Shown here one piece after another: positions 57,274 to 64,000 of a stretch of DNA of 64,000 nt (its first letter is position 1; the number at the start of each line of letters is the position of its first letter). The translations under genes and the position numbers were made by a program. The notes beneath the pieces were generated by a model. It saw only the letters and a program-made list of their open reading frames with translations, searched no databases and was not told the DNA's origin. This DNA is from Candidatus Multivoradales bacterium (GTDB taxonomy: Bacteria; Acidobacteriota; Thermoanaerobaculia; Multivoradales; Multivoraceae). The stretch is taken from NCBI GenBank assembly GCA_965223325.1, contig CBDCWI010000001.1, positions 1,088,001-1,152,000 on the forward strand, read 5' to 3'.

Positions 57274-57298
57274 GTGACCGGTCAGATATACTGGTCAC
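57274..57298 (+). promoter_or_regulatory. Inverted-repeat operator spanning a TATACT -10 box
   Basis: GTGACCGGT-7 nt-ACTGGTCAC (8/9); TATACT at 57287-57292, ATG 7 nt later. Confidence 0.7.
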
Positions 57299-57299
57299 C

Positions 57300-57536
57300 A
57301 TGATCACGATGAACGCATCCGAGTTCAAAGCCAAATGCCTCGCGCTACTGGATCGTGTGGCGGCCACCGGGGAGACTCTCGTGATCCTCAAGCACGGCAA
57401 GCCGGTCGCCAACCTGGTTCCGGCCCAGCACCCCGAACCACCGCAGCATGCTCTCAAGGGCAGCGTGAAGATCCTTGGCGATGTGATCGCTCCGGCCGTC
57501 GAAGCAACGGACTGGGAAGCCGAAGGTAGCGAGTAG
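57300..57536 (+). CDS. Phd/YefM family antitoxin
   Basis: ASEFKAKCLALLDRV..ILKHGKPVA. Confidence 0.92.
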   Translation: MITMNASEFKAKCLALLDRVAATGETLVILKHGKPVANLVPAQHPEPPQHALKGSVKILGDVIAPAVEATDWEAEGSE

Positions 57537-57540
57537 AGCC

Positions 57541-57936
57541 TTGGCGTATCTGCTCGACACGCACATTCTTCTCTGGTGGTTCTCGGAGGAACCCAGGCTC
57601 TCGAAGAACCAGCTCGCAGCCCTCGAGGGGGCCTCCGATCAGGAGCCCCTTTCTGTTTCCGACATTTCACTCTGGGAGATCGCGATGCTCGAGAGCCTCG
57701 GGCGAATCGTGCTTCGGGGCAACCTCCGAGACTGGCTGGAGGTGGCAGTGGCGCCACCGTTGGTTCGTCGGCTGGGAATCTCACCGAGCGTCGCCGCAAC
57801 GGTGGCATCGCTCCCCGACTCTTTCCATCGCGACCCTGCCGACCGCATCATCGTTGCCACCGCCATGGTGCACGGCGCATCGCTCCTGACTGCCGATCGT
57901 CGAATCATCGACTCCGGCCTCGTCGAAACCCTCTAA
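57541..57936 (+). CDS. vapC: PIN-domain toxin
   Basis: LLDTHILLW, SLWEIA, HRDPADRII, LLTAD. Confidence 0.93.
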   Translation: MAYLLDTHILLWWFSEEPRLSKNQLAALEGASDQEPLSVSDISLWEIAMLESLGRIVLRGNLRDWLEVAVAPPLVRRLGISPSVAATVASLPDSFHRDPADRIIVATAMVHGASLLTADRRIIDSGLVETL

Positions 57937-58559
57937 GGTTCGCGTTGGCTGCCTGGGTCAGCCTGAACCTCGCCTCCCGAGCCGATACCTCCCCGGGCGA
58001 CGGAGCTCGAAACCGTCACCCTGGCAGCCACCGACTTTCGGCCCGAAGGATCCGACACGCGGCTTCGCTACAGGTGCTGTGTGACGCCCTGTATAGGTGG
58101 TGCGCGGCGCGGATCGGGTCCACTCGCCCTATGAGCGGTTCCGCTCGAGAAGTTCGGCGCGGCGTTGCTCGACTTCGGCAGGTTCGATCTCGCCAGCGGC
58201 CACGCACAGATCCGGAACGAAGATCCGGCACGGTGAGCGACCGCAGGACGCACAATTGGTCGCTTCGAGTCAGCTCGACCTGAGCCGAGACCCCGGAACA
58301 ACACGCTGGAGCGGGAAAACCGCGCTAGCACCCCCGACACCCTTCGGAAAGTCACAATCAGGCGCTGACAGGGCCGTGCTCAGTCTCGGGTATCATCTGC
58401 TCAACTTTCAGTTCAATCCTTCGGTGACCCCACCATAGGGGCCGTTGGCCCCGAAGTTCAAGAACGAATCCGGCGCACCCGAGCCTGGTCATCACACCCA
58501 GCTCGATACTGGTGCGCCTACTTGCCGGGGTGAAGGAATCTCTTACGAGGGAGGCAGCA

Positions 58560-59807
58560 TTGATCGTCGGAGTTCTCAAAGAGACCTTGTCCACCGAGCG
58601 CCGCGTGGCACTGGTTCCGGCAAGCGTCGAGAAGCTTTCGGGCCTTGGGTACGAGGTCCGTTTCGAAAAAGGCGCCGGTGCGCGCTCGGGCTTCGCAGAT
58701 GACGAGTACCAGACGGCTGGCGCGCGCGTCGTGTCGCGCGACGAGGCGCTCGCCGCCGACATCGTGCTGCAGGTGCGCGGTCCAGGTTCCAACCTCGAGA
58801 AGGCACAGGAGCTGATCGGTGGCGCCAAGAAGGAACAGGTCTGGATCGGCCTGCAGGACCCGCTGTGGCGCCCCGATGAGACCAAAGCGCTCGCCGAGCG
58901 TGGCGCTACCGTCATGTCGCTCGAAATGATCCCGCGCATCTCGCGCGCCCAGAGCATGGACGTGCTCTCGTCGATGGCGACGATTGCCGGCTATAAGGCG
59001 GTCCTACTCGCGGCCAGCGAACTACCCCAGATGTTTCCGATGATGATGACCGCCGCCGGCACGCTCAAACCAGCCCGAGTCTTCGTGCTCGGCGCTGGCG
59101 TCGCCGGGTTGCAGGCGATTGCCACGGCGCGGCGTTTGGGGGCGGTTGTTTCGGGCTACGACATTCGCCCCGCGGCAGCCGAACAGATCGAGAGTCTCGG
59201 CGCCAAATCGATCCAGCTGGAGATCGAGACCGAGGGCAGCGAAGACAAGGGCGGCTACGCCAGGGCGCAAGGCGAGGACACACAGCGCCGCCAGCGCGAA
59301 CTACTCGCTGAAGTACTCACCGAACAAGACGTGGTCATTACAACCGCCGCCGTGCCGGGTGCAAAGAGCCCGCTTCTCGTGACCACCGAAATGGTCGAAG
59401 GCATGCCGAGGGGAAGCGTGGTGATCGACCTGGCGGCCGAACGTGGCGGAAACTGCGAGCTCACCAAGGCAGACGAACGAGTCGAGCACGGCGGAGTGCT
59501 AGTTCTCGGCCCCACCGACCTGGCGTCGACCGCGCCGCGGCATGCCAGTCAGATGTACTCCAACAACCTGACCACCCTTCTCCACCACCTGACCGACGAC
59601 TCGCGCCTGGTGCTCGACATGAGCGACGAGATCACCCGGGGTACCACTATTGCCCAGGGCGGCGAGGTCCTCGACGCCCGGGTGCGCGGCAAGCTGGGCC
59701 TCGAGCCGCTGCCCGACCCGAACGCCGAAACTCCTGATTCCGACGCCTCTCGTTCGGAAAGTGACAACACCGAAGGGTCTTCTGAGGGCCCGGGAGACTC
59801 TGCATGA
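58560..59807 (+). CDS. pntAA: NAD(P) transhydrogenase alpha subunit part 1 (dI)
   Basis: ERRVALVP, RAQSMDVLSS, GAGVAGLQA, DKGGYA; TTG start after GGAGG. Confidence 0.95.
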   Translation: MIVGVLKETLSTERRVALVPASVEKLSGLGYEVRFEKGAGARSGFADDEYQTAGARVVSRDEALAADIVLQVRGPGSNLEKAQELIGGAKKEQVWIGLQDPLWRPDETKALAERGATVMSLEMIPRISRAQSMDVLSSMATIAGYKAVLLAASELPQMFPMMMTAAGTLKPARVFVLGAGVAGLQAIATARRLGAVVSGYDIRPAAAEQIESLGAKSIQLEIETEGSEDKGGYARAQGEDTQRRQRELLAEVLTEQDVVITTAAVPGAKSPLLVTTEMVEGMPRGSVVIDLAAERGGNCELTKADERVEHGGVLVLGPTDLASTAPRHASQMYSNNLTTLLHHLTDDSRLVLDMSDEITRGTTIAQGGEVLDARVRGKLGLEPLPDPNAETPDSDASRSESDNTEGSSEGPGDSA

Positions 59808-60079
59808 CCTTCATCGTCTCGCTGACCTTCTTCGTCCTCGCCGTCTTCCTCGGCTTCGAGCTGATCACCAAGGTTCCGCCGACCCTGCACACCCCGCTGA
59901 TGTCGGGCTCGAACGCCATTTCGGGCATTACCCTGGTCGGGGCCGTCCTGGCGGCCGGAACGCGCTACTCCAGTTTCACCACCGCCCTGGCGTTCCTGGC
60001 TGTCGTCCTGGCGACGGTCAACGTCGTCGGCGGTTTCCTGGTCACCCACCGCATGCTTGGCATGTTCCGGCGCAAGTAG
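59804..60079 (+). CDS. pntAB: NAD(P) transhydrogenase alpha subunit part 2
   Basis: LHTPLMSGSNAISG, GGFLVTHRML. Confidence 0.95.
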   Translation: MTFIVSLTFFVLAVFLGFELITKVPPTLHTPLMSGSNAISGITLVGAVLAAGTRYSSFTTALAFLAVVLATVNVVGGFLVTHRMLGMFRRK

Positions 60080-60090
60080 AGGGCGAGAGA

Positions 60091-61488
60091 GTGACGAACC
60101 TTCTTCAGATCGGCTATCTGATCGCCGCGGCGTTGTTCATCCTTGGCCTCAAGGGCTTGGCACACCCGCGCACGGCCGTGCGCGGCAACCTGCTGGGCGC
60201 AACCGGCATGCTGCTCGCCATCGTGGTCACTTTTCTCGACCGCTCGATCGTCGACTTCAAGGTCATCATTGCCGGCATCCTCGTCGGTACGTTGATCGGC
60301 ATCGTCCTCGCGGTCAAGGTCGCGATGACCTCGATGCCCGAGCTGGTGGCGCTCTTCAACGGCTTTGGCGGCATCGCCTCGGTCCTGGTCGCCGGCGCCA
60401 GCTACGTCGAGCAGATCGGCCTGAGGCAGCAGGCAGGTGAGGAACCGAGCCTGCAGTTCGTGGTTGCCGTTGCGGTGACCGCATTGATCGGTGCGATCAC
60501 CTTCACCGGCAGCTTGATCGCGTTCGCCAAGCTCAAGGGCATCATGACCGGCAACGCGATCACCTTTCCGGGGATCCAGCTCCTCAACCTGCTCATGTTC
60601 GCAGCCACCCTGGTGCTGGCGTTCATGATGGTGCAGACGCCGGCCCACTCCTTCCTGCTCTGGGGTGTCGTCGCGATCGCCGCCGTCCTCGGCGTGACCG
60701 TCACGATCCCGGTTGGCGGCGCCGACATGCCGGTGGTCATCGCGCTTCTCAACTCGTACTCCGGCCTGGCCGCAGCCGCGACCGGGTTCGTGCTCCAGAA
60801 CAGCCTCTTGATCATCGCCGGCTCCCTGGTTGGAGCTTCGGGACTCATCCTCACGCAGATCATGTGCAAGGCGATGAACCGTTCGCTTTGGAACGTGCTG
60901 TTCGGCACCATGGCGTCGGGCGGAGTCATCGCCGACGCCGACGAAGTCTATGTAGGCAAGGTCAAGGCGACGTCTGCGGAAGAGGTCGCCATGCTGCTCG
61001 AAGACGCCCGCAAGGTCGTCATCGTGCCGGGTTACGGCATGGCGGTCGCGCAGGCTCAGCACGCCGTGCGCGACTTCACCCGTGCACTCGAAAGCAAAGG
61101 AGCGGACGTTGAGTTCGCCATCCACCCGGTTGCCGGCCGCATGCCCGGTCACATGAACGTCCTGCTCGCCGAGGCCGAAATACCCTACGACAAGCTCAAG
61201 GAGATGGAGGTCATCAACCCGAGCTTCTCGCAGGTCGATGTAGCGATCGTGATTGGCGCCAACGACGTGGTCAACCCCGGCGCCCGCGAAGATCCCGACA
61301 GTCCCATCGCCGGCATGCCGATTCTCGACGTCGACAAGGCGCGCACCGTGGTGGTCATCAAGCGCAGCCTGTCGCCGGGCTTCGCGGGCATCCCCAACCC
61401 GCTCTTTGCGGCCGACAACGCGCTGATGTTCTTTGCCGACGGCAAGCAGGCGGTCGTCGACATGACAGCGGCGGTGAACGAATCGTGA
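60091..61488 (+). CDS. pntB: NAD(P) transhydrogenase beta subunit
   Basis: GGADMPVVI..NSYSG, PGYGMAVAQAQH, HPVAGRMPGHMN, GANDVVNP. Confidence 0.96.
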   Translation: MTNLLQIGYLIAAALFILGLKGLAHPRTAVRGNLLGATGMLLAIVVTFLDRSIVDFKVIIAGILVGTLIGIVLAVKVAMTSMPELVALFNGFGGIASVLVAGASYVEQIGLRQQAGEEPSLQFVVAVAVTALIGAITFTGSLIAFAKLKGIMTGNAITFPGIQLLNLLMFAATLVLAFMMVQTPAHSFLLWGVVAIAAVLGVTVTIPVGGADMPVVIALLNSYSGLAAAATGFVLQNSLLIIAGSLVGASGLILTQIMCKAMNRSLWNVLFGTMASGGVIADADEVYVGKVKATSAEEVAMLLEDARKVVIVPGYGMAVAQAQHAVRDFTRALESKGADVEFAIHPVAGRMPGHMNVLLAEAEIPYDKLKEMEVINPSFSQVDVAIVIGANDVVNPGAREDPDSPIAGMPILDVDKARTVVVIKRSLSPGFAGIPNPLFAADNALMFFADGKQAVVDMTAAVNES

Positions 61489-61660
61489 GGCCGGCAGGCA
61501 GGGAGCTGTTGATCACCTAGAATTGAGTCGTACGGGCTTAGGATCCGTCCGTTGATCCAAGAAGTCTTGGACCACAGCCAGTCGCGACGCCGGCCAGTGT
61601 CGGCACGGTTGTGATTCCAGGCGAGCGGCCCAATGCAGGAATCCCTTCAGGAGCCTTTCC

Positions 61661-62530
61661 ATGTTCTCTAGTGCACTGCGGCACCTCTTCGTTTTCTCGA
61701 GGTGCAAGATCGGGTTCGAAACCACACTCTCTCTCATGCTGCTCTTCGCGGTAGGGCTGTCGCTCGCCAGTTGTGGGGGCGAGGAGGAGGCGGTGGAGCC
61801 ACCCCCTGAGCCCGCGTCGACGAACCAGTTTCACGAGCCGAACCCGGCCAGCTACCCGGAGGCGACGGTCGTCTACGACGTCTCTGAGCTGAGGGTCGCC
61901 GACTCGCCGGTTCGCCTCGAGGCTCTCGGAAACGCTCATCAGACGCGCAAGCAGTCCGAACGCTACCAGCTCGCCGTCGACGGGTGGGACTCACACAACG
62001 TGCGCGCGACCGAAACCATTGAGGAACTCGTCGACGAAGAAGAGTTCGCGGTCCGAAAGGACATCGTCTGGGGACTCCGTGGCCTGCTCAAGATTTCCGA
62101 CCGTCACAAACGAACCAACTCGACGGGCGAGGTGGTCGACGACTGGCACAACCGCATTACGTCGATTGACACCGTCGAAGGCGACTTGTTCCCCATCGAC
62201 TACGCCAAGAGCACGCGGCTGGTCTTCACCAGCGAGATGGAGAACTTCAAGAAAGGTTCGACGGTCACTCTGACCAACGACTACCGGCTCGAAGTCGTCG
62301 CCGTCCTCGAAGCCGACGAGTACCTCTCGCGCATGCCCTTCGAACCCCTGCGAGGAGCCATCAAGGGGAACATCTACGCCGTCGACCTCGACTGGACGTT
62401 CGGGCTCGAAGGAGAACGCCAGGTCACCCGCTCACGCAGCTACTTCTGGTCGGAGGACCTCGGCTTTACGGTTCCCTGCTGCGACGGCGACGGCGAACGC
62501 TTCTCCGGCGTCACCATCGCCTTCGACTGA
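61661..62530 (+). CDS. Hypothetical lipoprotein
   Basis: LASC lipobox, gene-like codon usage; alternative start at 61736. Confidence 0.7.
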   Translation: MFSSALRHLFVFSRCKIGFETTLSLMLLFAVGLSLASCGGEEEAVEPPPEPASTNQFHEPNPASYPEATVVYDVSELRVADSPVRLEALGNAHQTRKQSERYQLAVDGWDSHNVRATETIEELVDEEEFAVRKDIVWGLRGLLKISDRHKRTNSTGEVVDDWHNRITSIDTVEGDLFPIDYAKSTRLVFTSEMENFKKGSTVTLTNDYRLEVVAVLEADEYLSRMPFEPLRGAIKGNIYAVDLDWTFGLEGERQVTRSRSYFWSEDLGFTVPCCDGDGERFSGVTIAFD

Positions 62531-62580
62531 CTGGGTACTGCAGAGGCTCTACCCTTCTGGAAGCCCTGAACGAAACATGA

Positions 62581-63885
<1,305 letters not shown>

Positions 63886-63909
63886 GCGAGCGCGTCTCTT
63901 CGAGACCCC

Positions 63910-64000
63910 ATGTCACCCGATGAGCTGATCGCGGGCTTCCAGGGTGCTCTCGCCCGCGACGACAGGCTCGCTGTCGAGAAAATTCTGGGCGGAAACGAAG
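63910..64000 (+). CDS. 5' fragment of a downstream gene
   Basis: ATG opens MSPDELIAGFQGALARDDRLAVEKILGGNE to the window edge. Confidence 0.45.
   Translation, partial: MSPDELIAGFQGALARDDRLAVEKILGGNE

Noticed and set aside
52960-57300. Integron cassette array
   Set aside because: No paired RYYYAAC/GTTRRRY attC-like palindromes seen in the intergenic gaps and no integrase.
58130-58275. Minus-strand frame NCASCGRSPCRIFVPDLC...ELLERNRS preceded by TGA
   Set aside because: No start codon, no recognisable family and no redox-motif context; at most a gene remnant.
58560-61488. Split pntA as a possible disruption
   Set aside because: The three-gene pntAA/pntAB/pntB layout is a known functional arrangement.

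Overview
A GC-rich, gene-dense bacterial chromosomal window; gene content is compatible with a free-living Acidobacteriota-like organism, but taxonomy is an inference. From left to right: a partial ankyrin/PQQ-propeller gene; a 9-gene MrpA-less Mrp Na+/H+ antiporter operon (E-F-G-B'-B-C-D-D-x-D); a secreted ExeM-like nuclease; a reduced alternative complex III/Qrc-like respiratory operon; a divergent subtilase; an ArfA/ArfC-like BON-OmpA plus coiled-coil pair; a kinase-M23-aminotransferase fusion; secreted carbohydrate-active proteins; a heterodimeric ABC exporter coupled to adenosine deaminase; two PIN toxin-antitoxin modules bracketing four cargo genes; a three-gene transhydrogenase; and enolase. 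Main observations not evident from the ORF track: (1) three unlinked secreted hydrolases share a C-terminal [LI]F-x3-FE-x5/6-W tail, a candidate protein-sorting signal; (2) a peroxiredoxin-like selenoprotein (UxxC with a SECIS-like hairpin) is split into two ORFs in the track; (3) an unlisted CPxCG Cys-rich gene carries an in-frame TGA at codon 4; (4) several genes look leaderless, including a divergent pair with overlapping -10 boxes. No rRNA, tRNA, CRISPR array, integrase or transposase was recognised.
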